DNA from: Methanoregula sp.
Lineage (GTDB): Archaea; Halobacteriota; Methanomicrobia; Methanomicrobiales; Methanospirillaceae
Assembly (NCBI GenBank): GCA_049697815.1
Contig: JBAVWM010000175.1
Location: 1-35,676 of the forward strand
Length of the DNA: 35,676 bases
Direction: 5' to 3'
Part shown: positions 7,804 to 16,595 of the stretch, piece after piece
How the letters are laid out: each line of letters opens with the position of its first letter
How positions within the stretch are numbered: position 1 is the first letter of the stretch
Notes under the pieces: model-generated
The model's input: only the letters and a program-made list of their open reading frames with translations
Database searches by the model: none
Told to the model about the DNA's origin: nothing
Made by a program: the position numbers and the translations under genes

Positions 7804-9036
7804 TCAGAGGCACTTCACGATACTAATCCAGCGCCGTACATGTGCTGCCGGGATGTCAAGAGAGGACCTGTTGCTGCGGTACTTTGTCATCAGGTGGGCC
7901 GGGGGAATAATGAGACGATAACAATAGTCCACCTTCTCCCGGATCCCGGGCAGCCCTTCCAGATGGAGATGCATCAGGGAACGGCGGGATGTCTCCTGCG
8001 TGATCGCATATTTCCACAGCCGCCTCTCCCGTGGTGAGGGTTCGGGCCACGTCGCGGGATCTGAGTATGGATGCGGGAGGGCAGATCCCATCCAGAGTCC
8101 GGCCTCCTGGAGCGCAAGCTCCAGGGGGATCCTGAGGTGACATTGTACGCTTTGGGAGAGAAGGGTCTCCCAGTCCTCCGGTGCATGTAACTGCCGCGAG
8201 AGCCGGGCAATATCTCCTATCCAGTCGAGCCGGACATGATTATGCTGTATCATGTTGTGGAATACCAGATAGAGGAGGTGATCCACCGGGCTCATGGTCT
8301 CAAATGAGAGATCCTGTGCGCTGACGGCGATCTTATGATCGAATGCCGCGTCGACCCATGAAGCCGCAAAAAAATTAAACCCGAAGTCCGGGTTCCAGTG
8401 GATCTCCGTGAGTACCCCCGGTCCGTGGGGTAAAAATGCCTGATGGTGGAATGCATGGCGCGAGATGCGGAATGTGCGGGCTGTCGTGGTATATCCAAGG
8501 TCAGCCATCACCTCTTCGCACCGTTCAAAATCACGGGGTTTCACGAGCAGGTCGATATCGCTTGACTGGCGGAGCGATGGATCGGAATAGAGCGTCCGTG
8601 CCAGGGCAGGCCCTTTTATCAGGAGGACCGGTATCCCCGCTTCCTGAAGTGCGGAGATAATTGTGCTGCACTGCCTGCCAGTAAGTATCGTGCGTGCTTT
8701 TCCGCTCAGCCTTGCCTGTCTGAGGTCCGAGAGGACTGCAGGAGGCGGCCGGTATTCTTCCGGCCATGCAGCAACCGTTGCAGCAACGAGAGGGATAATC
8801 CAGTGGGATCGCAAAAGGGAGAGCAGGTTATTCCAGTCATTGGATGAGACCCGGGGGGGCGGGGATGGGATATCCCGTAAAACCCCTGTAAGGTAGATCA
8901 GGAGATCATCCGGAATGGACAGGATCGCGTTCGGTACCTCACCGGCTAGGGGATGGGACTGGTGGAACAAACGAAGAGTGCCCGGCGGGGGAATGGAGCC
9001 ACGATCGGATGAATAATTCCCGGGTATAGGTATCAT
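7804..9036 (-). CDS. Nucleotidyltransferase family protein (NTP_transf_5-like)
   Basis: LLIKGPALARTLYSDPSLRQSSDIDLLV motif, plus EIHW. Start is placed at ATG 9036; 9084 is the longest possible. Confidence 0.85.
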   Translation of the reverse strand: MIPIPGNYSSDRGSIPPPGTLRLFHQSHPLAGEVPNAILSIPDDLLIYLTGVLRDIPSPPPRVSSNDWNNLLSLLRSHWIIPLVAATVAAWPEEYRPPPAVLSDLRQARLSGKARTILTGRQCSTIISALQEAGIPVLLIKGPALARTLYSDPSLRQSSDIDLLVKPRDFERCEEVMADLGYTTTARTFRISRHAFHHQAFLPHGPGVLTEIHWNPDFGFNFFAASWVDAAFDHKIAVSAQDLSFETMSPVDHLLYLVFHNMIQHNHVRLDWIGDIARLSRQLHAPEDWETLLSQSVQCHLRIPLELALQEAGLWMGSALPHPYSDPATWPEPSPRERRLWKYAITQETSRRSLMHLHLEGLPGIREKVDYCYRLIIPPAHLMTKYRSNRSSLDIPAAHVRRWISIVKCL

Positions 9037-9657
9037 TGGTCTGGACCGTCCCAAAAAAAACACTATCACATAATGATTGTACAAAAGGAATAAAAGATTC
9101 CTCTTTGCGGTATAATTTTGCAGGAGATTTCCTTCTTCTGGCTCTGGAATATACGGGGTTTCAGATCAGCTCCGAACCTTCGTTTGAGGACAGGGAGCCC
9201 GGGTTTTTTAGTACCTTTTTATTAAACTGTACACTCTAACAAACGCAGAGGGATGAACCCGCAGACATTGAAGAGAGAGCCCCGCCCCGTGTTTTCCGTT
9301 GGCATTTCTCTGCGCCGATGGGGATACGGGATATTTTTTACCAATATCTTCCTTTCATGACTAAAATTGGAAATCTGTCATACAGATATCTGCTTGTAAA
9401 CGGTAGTGGATGATTATTCATTTCTGCTAAAAATCGCGATCACGAATAAGGCCGGAGACGTGTCATCTGTCTGCCCGGGTTGATTGCAACCATTCATATC
9501 GTATTTGCACCAAGAAGGTACTTCAGGAATACCGGGAATAACGTAAGATGAGTCCTGCTCGGGAATATCGGAGACGATTCGAAACAGATAGCAAATCCAG
9601 GGAAGGGATAATTTCCGGGCTATTCTGTAATACTATTTTTTTTAATGAGAGGAGGGT

Positions 9658-11013
9658 ATGATTACGTTAGATTTTTCGCGTAAGGGAATACAGGCTGGAA
9701 TCATAGTCCTCATAATTCTACCGGCGATAATTACTGCGTTATATATCATAAGATTCGGTGTAAATGTGATCTTTTGGGATCAATGGGGGTTTTTCGGAAC
9801 TACCCTCGCCCACTGGTATGAGGGCACATTATCGTTTCAGGATCTTTTCCATCAGACGAATGAGAACCGGATGTTTTTTCCCAAAATACTGATGATCGGG
9901 ATTGCCAGTGTTACTTCATACAATACCATTGCCGAGATGGCCTGCTCATTTATTCTTCTGCTTATTAATTTGGCTCTTCTTTATACCATATGTTCAACGG
10001 GAAAAAAATGGTCGTGGGAATATCTGGTGTTCTTCATTCCGGTTGTATGGCTTTTTCTCTCCATTCATCAGTGGGAGAACCTGCTCATGGGTTTCCAGAT
10101 ATCTTTTTTTCTTTGCGTAACCGGGGTTCTTATTGCCATTTCCTTTCTTGAAAGGTGTAACGGAATTGACTGGAATCTTGGTCTGGGAATAGTGGGGGGT
10201 GTCCTCTCCAGTTTTTCCGCCATGTTTGGGCTCATGATATGGCCGACAGGGCTTGCACTCCTGCTTTTAAAGGAAAGGCGAAACCCACGTGAGATATCTG
10301 GTTGGCTGATTGCGGCAATTGTTACAATCCTTATATTTTTTAATGGTTGGGTACGATCAGAAAATAAACCCTCTCTTTTTTATGTTCTCTCGAAACCGGT
10401 TGAGGCGACTGGATTTTTTTTCGCATTAACAGCGAATTCCTTTGGATTCAATATGAGTGTAATCGGTGAATATCCTGCAATACTCGTGGGCATACTCTTT
10501 TTTTTCATCCTTGGTTTCACGCTCTATCGCGCTTATGGCATTGGAATAATCCGGGCCAATGCCGGTATCATTGCACTCATTGTCTTTGCCCTCTTATCAG
10601 AAGTAATGGTAACCGCCGGAAGAGGAGGTTTTGGAATAATTCAAACAACCACATCGAGATATGTGACGTTTACCGTTTTCGGAATCATCGGCACGTATCT
10701 TCTTTTTATCAATCTTAAGGAATTTTGTTGTAAGGACGATCTATGGTTAAAGCGGGTCTTTTGTCTTTTCTGCATATTAATTCTTGCAGGAATAATTATC
10801 GGAATGGGAGAGGGATTGGTTCTCGGTGAAAAAACAAGAGTACAGCGTCAGGAAATGCGGGAGATTCTCATCTCCTATCCAACAGCCTCCGATTCGTCTC
10901 TGAAAATGCTTCACCCTGATCAGCAACTTGTACGAAAATGGGCGCCGGTTCTTAAAAAATATCAATTAAATGTTTTTGCCGGAAATTACACTACTCCCTT
11001 GCACAGTACCTGA
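9658..11013 (+). CDS. Polytopic membrane protein, possibly GT-C-like glycan-modifying
   Basis: About 10 or more hydrophobic segments, first loop WDQW...QTNENRMFFP, late SRY motif. RBS GAGGAGG upstream. Visibly AT-rich. The function is a guess. Confidence 0.7.
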   Translation: MITLDFSRKGIQAGIIVLIILPAIITALYIIRFGVNVIFWDQWGFFGTTLAHWYEGTLSFQDLFHQTNENRMFFPKILMIGIASVTSYNTIAEMACSFILLLINLALLYTICSTGKKWSWEYLVFFIPVVWLFLSIHQWENLLMGFQISFFLCVTGVLIAISFLERCNGIDWNLGLGIVGGVLSSFSAMFGLMIWPTGLALLLLKERRNPREISGWLIAAIVTILIFFNGWVRSENKPSLFYVLSKPVEATGFFFALTANSFGFNMSVIGEYPAILVGILFFFILGFTLYRAYGIGIIRANAGIIALIVFALLSEVMVTAGRGGFGIIQTTTSRYVTFTVFGIIGTYLLFINLKEFCCKDDLWLKRVFCLFCILILAGIIIGMGEGLVLGEKTRVQRQEMREILISYPTASDSSLKMLHPDQQLVRKWAPVLKKYQLNVFAGNYTTPLHST

Positions 11014-11235
11014 TGGCATGAAAACGATCAACCCATTCCGCATGAACAACAAACCAGAGTAATACATTTTTGTTGGTGTTTCTTCAGGCTGAAAGGAAAA
11101 AAACCAGGAGAGCAAATGAAAAGAAGGCCGGCAAAGGGCGACGGACGACTCAATCCGCATTATACGAATTCGTCGACAAGGTTGCAGGGAATAATCCCGC
11201 TCTTTTTTCATCAGCAACGATGAATCATACCAATC

Positions 11236-11276
11236 CCAACAAAACGAGGGTGTGCTTGAGATAGAGGGCTCCGAAT
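11236..11276 (+). repeat. 41-bp perfect direct repeat, copy 1
   Basis: CCAACAAAACGAGGGTGTGCTTGAGATAGAGGGCTCCGAAT, identical to 18258-18298. Looser similarity extends over ~11190-11311 vs ~18201-18334. Confidence 0.95.
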
Positions 11277-11355
11277 AAATCAGAAGATAACTGAGTGCAG
11301 TTTCACCCGCCGCCATCTGGATCCTGATATCCTGGTCTTGCATACGAGATATACC

Positions 11356-11610
11356 ATGGACAAACGATATCCCGATGATGAAATCTCATCATGGTGTACT
11401 GCTGGCAATTCTGTCGATGAGCTCAAGAAAAACCCTGGAAAGAGTCTTGCGCTGGTTCCCTGTTGGGAGTACGAGTGTAATCTGGACTTGTGGGAAGACG
11501 GCCGGTGCTGCCAGATCGAACGGGTCGGGAAGCATGGCAGGATGGAGCTTCCTTCTACGCCAGCAGCGGGGAATAATCCCCCTCTTTTTTGTGTACGAGA
11601 TAACTGGTGA
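11356..11610 (+). CDS. Small Cys-containing hypothetical protein, paralog of 18376..18537
   Basis: WCTAGNSVDELKKNPGKSLALVPCWEYECNLDLWEDGRCCQIERVGK aligns with WCSRENRFENFGKGIPLALLPCKGDTCEDWEPGPVKWCVHMVRVDK. Confidence 0.5.
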   Translation: MDKRYPDDEISSWCTAGNSVDELKKNPGKSLALVPCWEYECNLDLWEDGRCCQIERVGKHGRMELPSTPAAGNNPPLFCVRDNW

Positions 11611-11792
11611 GATGCAGACACCCGGTCATTTTCACTCGTCCTCATTTCGTTCGCATGTGCTCACTCCACGCCTGCTCGCTTCTCATCACCGTGCTATTTC
11701 TCACGGTTGATTGTCAGGAAGATGACACCCCTTGCTTGTCGCGATGCTCCGGTGCCAGCGGCTGCGCCGCTACGCGAGGACATGGCAGTACA

Positions 11793-11921
11793 CTACCTTT
11801 TGATCTCCACCGCCACTTCATTCCGTCGCAGGAAACCGGTTGTCCAGGGTGGATTGTACCGCATCAGGAATGGACCGCCGACCGGCTCAATTGCGGCCTT
11901 CTTCAGCCCTTCAAGCAGGCT
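11793..11921 (-). pseudogene. 3' remnant of a SOUL heme-binding protein gene
   Basis: SLLEGLKKAAIEPVGGPFLMRYNPPWTTGFLRRNEVAVEIKR* carries the C-terminal SOUL motif YNPPWT.xFLRRNEV. The N-terminal part is absent. Confidence 0.8.
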
Positions 11922-12164
11922 GAAAAGGCCAAGTGTATCTGCGGAACATGCCCGACGTCCACGAAGTGCGCAATAAACGCTCAAGAGGGGTTTTACTGCG
12001 CAGTTGGCAAGAGCTTTATGTGTATCACCTTTGATAAGGGATGCACGTGTCCGACCTGTCCCGTAACGTCAGACCTCGGGCTCAAGTACCATGATTATTG
12101 TCTGAAGGGTTCAGAAAAAACGCAGCGCTATGAAAAAACAGTCTGGGGAGCAAAAATCCTCTGA
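11919..12164 (+). pseudogene. 3' remnant of a DUF2769-like Cys-rich methanogen protein
   Basis: AEKAKCICGTCPT...C...FYCAVGKS..CI....GCTCPTCPV...LGL...YC.KGSE. There is no native start; the upstream part of track ORF 11607..12164 is antisense SOUL sequence. Confidence 0.75.
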
Positions 12165-12178
12165 TTCCTTTTTACCGT

Positions 12179-12263
12179 GAAAAACGCTTCGTAGAGATCC
12201 GCAGCCTTCCCTAGGGTGAGCGGGGGACAGAGCCGGGTTTTGATCTTCCCGGGCTTCGGCTGT
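12179..12263 (-). pseudogene. Diverged fragment of the N-terminus of a TIGR04282-like glycosyltransferase gene
   Basis: Reads QPKPGKIKTRLCPPLTLGKAADLYEAFF versus QPEPGKVKTRLCPPLSPGQAADLHEAFF at 12899-12983 (offset 720 bp). Confidence 0.85.
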
Positions 12264-12286
12264 AATCGCAGACCTGCCGGAAGAGA

Positions 12287-13045
12287 TTACCGATCGCGGG
12301 AGGGATGTGTGGGGCAGGAAACGATCGTCTGTAAAGCATGTTCGGGAACCAGGTACCTGAGCGCTTTTTTTGTCCTCAAACACCTGTCTGAATCACCGGC
12401 AGCGTTGCCTTTCAGATCCTTACTAAGCCTCTCTGCATCTTCCCAGGTATCAATATCATAACAAGGCGGCAGCAGCTCCCAGGTTATTCCAGCTTCCTGA
12501 GCACGCCGTATTGTCCGGTCCAGTACCTGTGATGTGCTCCAGGGAATTCCCGCAAATAGCGTCGGTGCACAGAAACGTAATCCTATCAGGTAATACCCTC
12601 CGTCATCGCATGGCCCGAGCACAACATCAATCTCATCCAACCGTGCGATTGCACTCCTGATAACATCCTGCGGCAGATGGGGTGTATCGCTCGCAAGGAT
12701 GATGACCTTCCGGTATCCCCGTAAAAACACCTGGTGGGAGATCCGTGAGAGCCGGTCTCCCAGGTCCCCCCTTCCCTGCGGGATGCATTTCACGGCAGAA
12801 GACACGATGCGGGAGAAGAAGTCCCGGGCAGTATCGGGATCGTACGCTACCAAAAGATCGGTGTGTTCAATGCCGGAAACAAGGGAGACCGTGTCAAGGA
12901 AAAATGCTTCATGGAGATCCGCAGCCTGTCCCGGGCTCAGCGGTGGACAGAGCCGGGTCTTGACCTTCCCGGGCTCCGGTTGTTTTGCCATGACAACGAT
13001 GGCGCATAACGGCTGGTTCAGGTCCCGGTCTTGCGTGCAACCCAT
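12287..13045 (-). CDS. TIGR04282-like (DUF2064/CofC-like) glycosyltransferase
   Basis: AKQPEPGKVKTRL, QGRGDLGDRL, SDTP, VLGPCDDGGYYLIGL, IPWSTSQVL, DIDTWED. Confidence 0.9.
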   Translation of the reverse strand: MGCTQDRDLNQPLCAIVVMAKQPEPGKVKTRLCPPLSPGQAADLHEAFFLDTVSLVSGIEHTDLLVAYDPDTARDFFSRIVSSAVKCIPQGRGDLGDRLSRISHQVFLRGYRKVIILASDTPHLPQDVIRSAIARLDEIDVVLGPCDDGGYYLIGLRFCAPTLFAGIPWSTSQVLDRTIRRAQEAGITWELLPPCYDIDTWEDAERLSKDLKGNAAGDSDRCLRTKKALRYLVPEHALQTIVSCPTHPSRDR

Positions 13046-13818
13046 CGTCCGCGCCCGACAATACCCTCGTGGGCTGCGTTTTCCCAGAGAGCTATCCCAT
13101 CTTCAACCGCTGAAAAAAAACTGTCGCCGAATTGCCGGATGATTTCCGGCCGGAGTTCTCCCTGGATCCTCGAACGGTACATCGTGAACTGTTCTGCAAA
13201 ATCCCTGCTCAGATCATCAGCAGCGGTCACCTCCCAGCCGTTCTCTTCAAGTAACCGCGGGTAGCCTTCAGATGTCTCCAGGTAAGGGAAGAGCATGAAG
13301 CTCAAGAGCGGATCGAGATTTCGGTCAGGAACATCCCGCAGCTGGATCCAGTCCGTGAATGCAATAATACCCCCGGTTTTTGTCACCCGGGCTGCTTCAC
13401 GGATCAACCGTGCCTTGTCGGTAACATAGCACCAGGCATCCTGGCCCCAGACCGTATCAAAAGACGATTGCCTGAAAGGAAGGTCGAGCGCATTTCCGAG
13501 CCGGAATGTTACCCGGCCATCGAGACCGGCAGCCGCCGTCCTCCGTGTAGCCTCATCCACCATTGCCGGTGTTGCATCGATTCCTGTAACCCGGCACCCG
13601 AACTCTGCAGCGAGATGGCGGGCGGGTCCCCCCAGGGCGCTGCAGATGTCCAGCACCCGGTCATCTTTTGTTATCCCTGCCAGAACTGCCAGTTGCCGGG
13701 TAGCTATCGTACCGCCGATATGGATTTCGTCTCCCATCACCATTTCCCACAGGGTGCCGACTGCCCCCGCGTAGGCTTCGCTGACTTCTGCTATGCTGAT
13801 ATCAATATGCTTTTTCAT
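13018..13818 (-). CDS. Class I SAM-dependent methyltransferase (resembles sarcosine/dimethylglycine-type N-methyltransferases)
   Basis: EIHIGG, VLDICSALGGPARHLA, GNALDLPF...FDTVWGQDAW, KTGGIIAFTDW. ATG 13818 overlaps the upstream stop (ATGA). Confidence 0.85.
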   Translation of the reverse strand: MKKHIDISIAEVSEAYAGAVGTLWEMVMGDEIHIGGTIATRQLAVLAGITKDDRVLDICSALGGPARHLAAEFGCRVTGIDATPAMVDEATRRTAAAGLDGRVTFRLGNALDLPFRQSSFDTVWGQDAWCYVTDKARLIREAARVTKTGGIIAFTDWIQLRDVPDRNLDPLLSFMLFPYLETSEGYPRLLEENGWEVTAADDLSRDFAEQFTMYRSRIQGELRPEIIRQFGDSFFSAVEDGIALWENAAHEGIVGRGRWVARKTGT

Positions 13819-14945
13819 CTTGTTACCTCTTCTTTGACCCTGCAATTGGGGTCATCTGCCATAAGGTCCCCTGTTGTATAGAATGCCGTAGCCCGGCACC
13901 CCCAGCAGATCGGCCGGTTTTTACAGCTGCTGCACCCGTCTCCGCTTCCCTCAGCCCGGAGCGGGAGAAAGAGCAACTCTCTCCGGTGCCGGCTGATAAT
14001 CTCTGCAAAGGGCAGGTGATGCACATTCCCGAATCCCTGCCGGATGACAGAACACGGGGTTACATCCCCTTCAACCTTGATGCAGACGGTCCCGCCGCAG
14101 TAATACTTGTTCACGTCCATCGAGCTCATCGAGAGATCCGATCCGGGATAGTTAACACGGTCCCGGACACTGATGGCATGCCGGATCTGAGGTCCTGAGG
14201 GAACCCATTCCGGGTGCTCTTTGCCAAGGCCAGCCATACAGATCTGGGTCAGGCAGGTCCTGATTCCTTTATCGGAGAAGGAGCAGATGGTGCGTTCCAC
14301 ATCCTTACCCGCGAGCGGGCGGGTGAACGTGATACAGTTGATCATGTCCCGGGATTGTTTTCCGGCATCGAGAAGATTTTCCACGCCGTGGAGCACGGAC
14401 CGGATTTTGGTCCCGGGATCTCCGGTATGAAGTACCTGGTAAATCTCTTCATCCAGGCTGTCAAGGTGGACACTGACAAAACCCCCGGAAGTTACCTCTG
14501 CAACCTGCTGTGCAACCCGGGGATCAGCAAGAGGGATACCGCTCGTCCAGATGTTGTTGATGAGCCCCAGCTCCTGTGCTGCATGCGCAAGCTCGTACCA
14601 GTCCTTCCGCATGAGCGGGTCTCCCCCGAGCCAGTCGATTGCCCGGACTCCCGCTTCCTTTACCTCGTGAAGGATACGGTGAATGCTGGCCGCGGGAAGT
14701 TCAGCAGAGAGGGGATTCTGGGCTGATGCATAACAGTACCGGCAGCCTCCCTCACAGGAAAGGCAGGATTCGATTTGTACTGCATAGACCAGGTTTTTTT
14801 CAAAAAACCTGATGACTTCTGCATGGTCAGGATGAAAACACCCGTGGATGAAGACTGCACCGGGATATCCCGGGATCGGTGTACCGCTCACGAATGCCGG
14901 TTCCGGTCGTTCTTTTGCCGGTGACGGGGACTGAACTTCCATCAC
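13815..14945 (-). CDS. Radical SAM/SPASM domain protein
   Basis: CEGGCRYC, WLGGDPL, and SPASM YCGG...PC...CSSCKNRPICWGCR...DPNC. Confidence 0.9.
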   Translation of the reverse strand: MMEVQSPSPAKERPEPAFVSGTPIPGYPGAVFIHGCFHPDHAEVIRFFEKNLVYAVQIESCLSCEGGCRYCYASAQNPLSAELPAASIHRILHEVKEAGVRAIDWLGGDPLMRKDWYELAHAAQELGLINNIWTSGIPLADPRVAQQVAEVTSGGFVSVHLDSLDEEIYQVLHTGDPGTKIRSVLHGVENLLDAGKQSRDMINCITFTRPLAGKDVERTICSFSDKGIRTCLTQICMAGLGKEHPEWVPSGPQIRHAISVRDRVNYPGSDLSMSSMDVNKYYCGGTVCIKVEGDVTPCSVIRQGFGNVHHLPFAEIISRHRRELLFLPLRAEGSGDGCSSCKNRPICWGCRATAFYTTGDLMADDPNCRVKEEVTR

Positions 14946-14948
14946 CTC

Positions 14949-15605
14949 TCACTGCCCGAAGATGCCAATCGATACCAGGGGGATGATCAGCATCAGAACA
15001 GCCCAGTAAAATCCTGCCCGTGTGACACTGAATCCCCGGATGTCTTTCACATATCGCTCGGCTATAGCAATTACCACGAGGACAAGGATCATCACATTGA
15101 AGATAGTAGTCGAGTATTCGTGCTCTACCGGGAGGTAGGTGAGGTATGGGGCGGAATGGGTCCACCGTATCATGAAAAAAATCAAGGGCATGTGGGCAAT
15201 GCCGAGATACGTAAGGACCGGGAGGTGGATCTTCAGCCAGAATCCCGATTTCGGATCAGGAGTGATAAGTGGCCGCTTCAACCGCCATTCCCCTGCCACC
15301 ACGATGAGAAGGAGCCCCAGCAATGCCAGTTCAATGAGCGTGGCGGTCATCCCTGACCAGTATGCAAGTTCTGTCGGAATGGTAATAAAGGAGGCGATCA
15401 TTGAGATGATCCATGTGGATACCGATGGCCGGTAATACGCAATCCCGACCATGATAAGGATAAGGGCGAACGCAAAATTGTGGGCCCACCGAACATCTGC
15501 CTCATACAGGTTGAAGGCAGGGCCGAGCCAGAATAAGAGCCACGCCACACCCAGGAGGAAAATACCGGTCCCAGTTGTCATCCACTGCCCGGGTTCGAAT
15601 TTCAT
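14949..15605 (-). CDS. Hypothetical integral membrane protein
   Basis: About 7 hydrophobic segments. First gene of a tightly packed four-gene operon. Confidence 0.75.
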   Translation of the reverse strand: MKFEPGQWMTTGTGIFLLGVAWLLFWLGPAFNLYEADVRWAHNFAFALILIMVGIAYYRPSVSTWIISMIASFITIPTELAYWSGMTATLIELALLGLLLIVVAGEWRLKRPLITPDPKSGFWLKIHLPVLTYLGIAHMPLIFFMIRWTHSAPYLTYLPVEHEYSTTIFNVMILVLVVIAIAERYVKDIRGFSVTRAGFYWAVLMLIIPLVSIGIFGQ

Positions 15606-15668
15606 GGAAGGGGAGTCTTCACTTGAAACGGATAAATATTTGGATTTAGTCCCGTAACGGAACCGTGT

Positions 15669-16367
15669 ATGTCACTTATCTCCATTATCACCCCGGTGCT
15701 GAACGAGGAGGACATGATCACACCCTTTCTCGATCACCTTGCGCTGCTGCAGGAACCATTTGAACTCATCGTTGTAGACGGCGGGAGTTCTGATGCGACC
15801 CGTGCTCTTGTTGAGCGCTCTAACGGAAGCTTGCCGGTACCCCTGCACCTCCTTTCCGCACCGGCAGGCAGGAGCGGCCAGATGAACGCGGGAGCAGTAG
15901 CAGCACAAGGAAAGATACTGCTTTTTCTTCACGCTGACTGCATGATCCCGACTGACTCACTGCAGGTTATTTCGCGGATATGCAAGCAGCCGGGAGTCTG
16001 TGGGGGGGCGTTCAGCCACACGTTCGGGGAGCCGGGTCTTTTCCATGCGGTCATTGGCATTATTGTCAATACCTGTACAAAATATACCAGGACTTTTTTT
16101 GGGGATACCGGCATCTTTGTGCAACGCGATGTTTTTTTTAAGACTGGCGGGTTTGAGCTCATCCCGTTCTGTGAAGACTTGGAATTCTGCCGCTCTGTCC
16201 GGAGATACGGCAGGATGAAGCAGATCAACCGGGTCATCAGGAGTTCTCCGCGCCGGTTTCGGCGTATCGGGAGCGTGAAACTGACCGGGGTGTATGTGTT
16301 TGCAATCCTCCTGAATATGGCCGGTATCCGGCCGATGTTCCTGAAACGGTATATTGTTGATCGGTAA
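15669..16367 (+). CDS. GT2 glycosyltransferase, TIGR04283-like
   Basis: ISIITPVLNEE, IVVDGGSSDAT, GRSGQMNAGA, LLFLHAD, FFGDTGIFV, GGF...ED, SPRRF. Confidence 0.9.
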   Translation: MSLISIITPVLNEEDMITPFLDHLALLQEPFELIVVDGGSSDATRALVERSNGSLPVPLHLLSAPAGRSGQMNAGAVAAQGKILLFLHADCMIPTDSLQVISRICKQPGVCGGAFSHTFGEPGLFHAVIGIIVNTCTKYTRTFFGDTGIFVQRDVFFKTGGFELIPFCEDLEFCRSVRRYGRMKQINRVIRSSPRRFRRIGSVKLTGVYVFAILLNMAGIRPMFLKRYIVDR

Positions 16368-16595
16368 TGCTACCAGATCCACAGAGTTTTTGACGAACAA
16401 TTATGGGTGGATATTTGAAATCAGAAACTGTAATCTTACGTCGAGTTTTTGCTGAATATTTGGAATCGTAATGTTCAAGTATTGTTCCATAGATTTTCAT
16501 TATGGAATGGAACCTAAGTTTCTAAAAGGAATATGAAAAAATGAAAAAAAGGACCGGTCGGGATACCGGTTTTCTGGTCACGCTCCCCGTCTCCG

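Noticed and set aside
1..9036. Lasso peptide cluster interpretation
   Set aside because: There is no asparagine synthetase-like cyclase or B2 peptidase in the window, and the cores are multi-Cys with rSAM/SPASM maturases.
9244..9314. Stem-loop (CGCAGAGGGATG ... CATTTCTCTGCG) as a riboswitch or ncRNA
   Set aside because: There is no recognisable family motif, and a single imperfect stem is insufficient.
11607..12164. 185-aa Cys-rich ORF as an intact gene or RiPP precursor
   Set aside because: It is a chimera of non-coding or antisense SOUL sequence and a DUF2769-like C-terminus.
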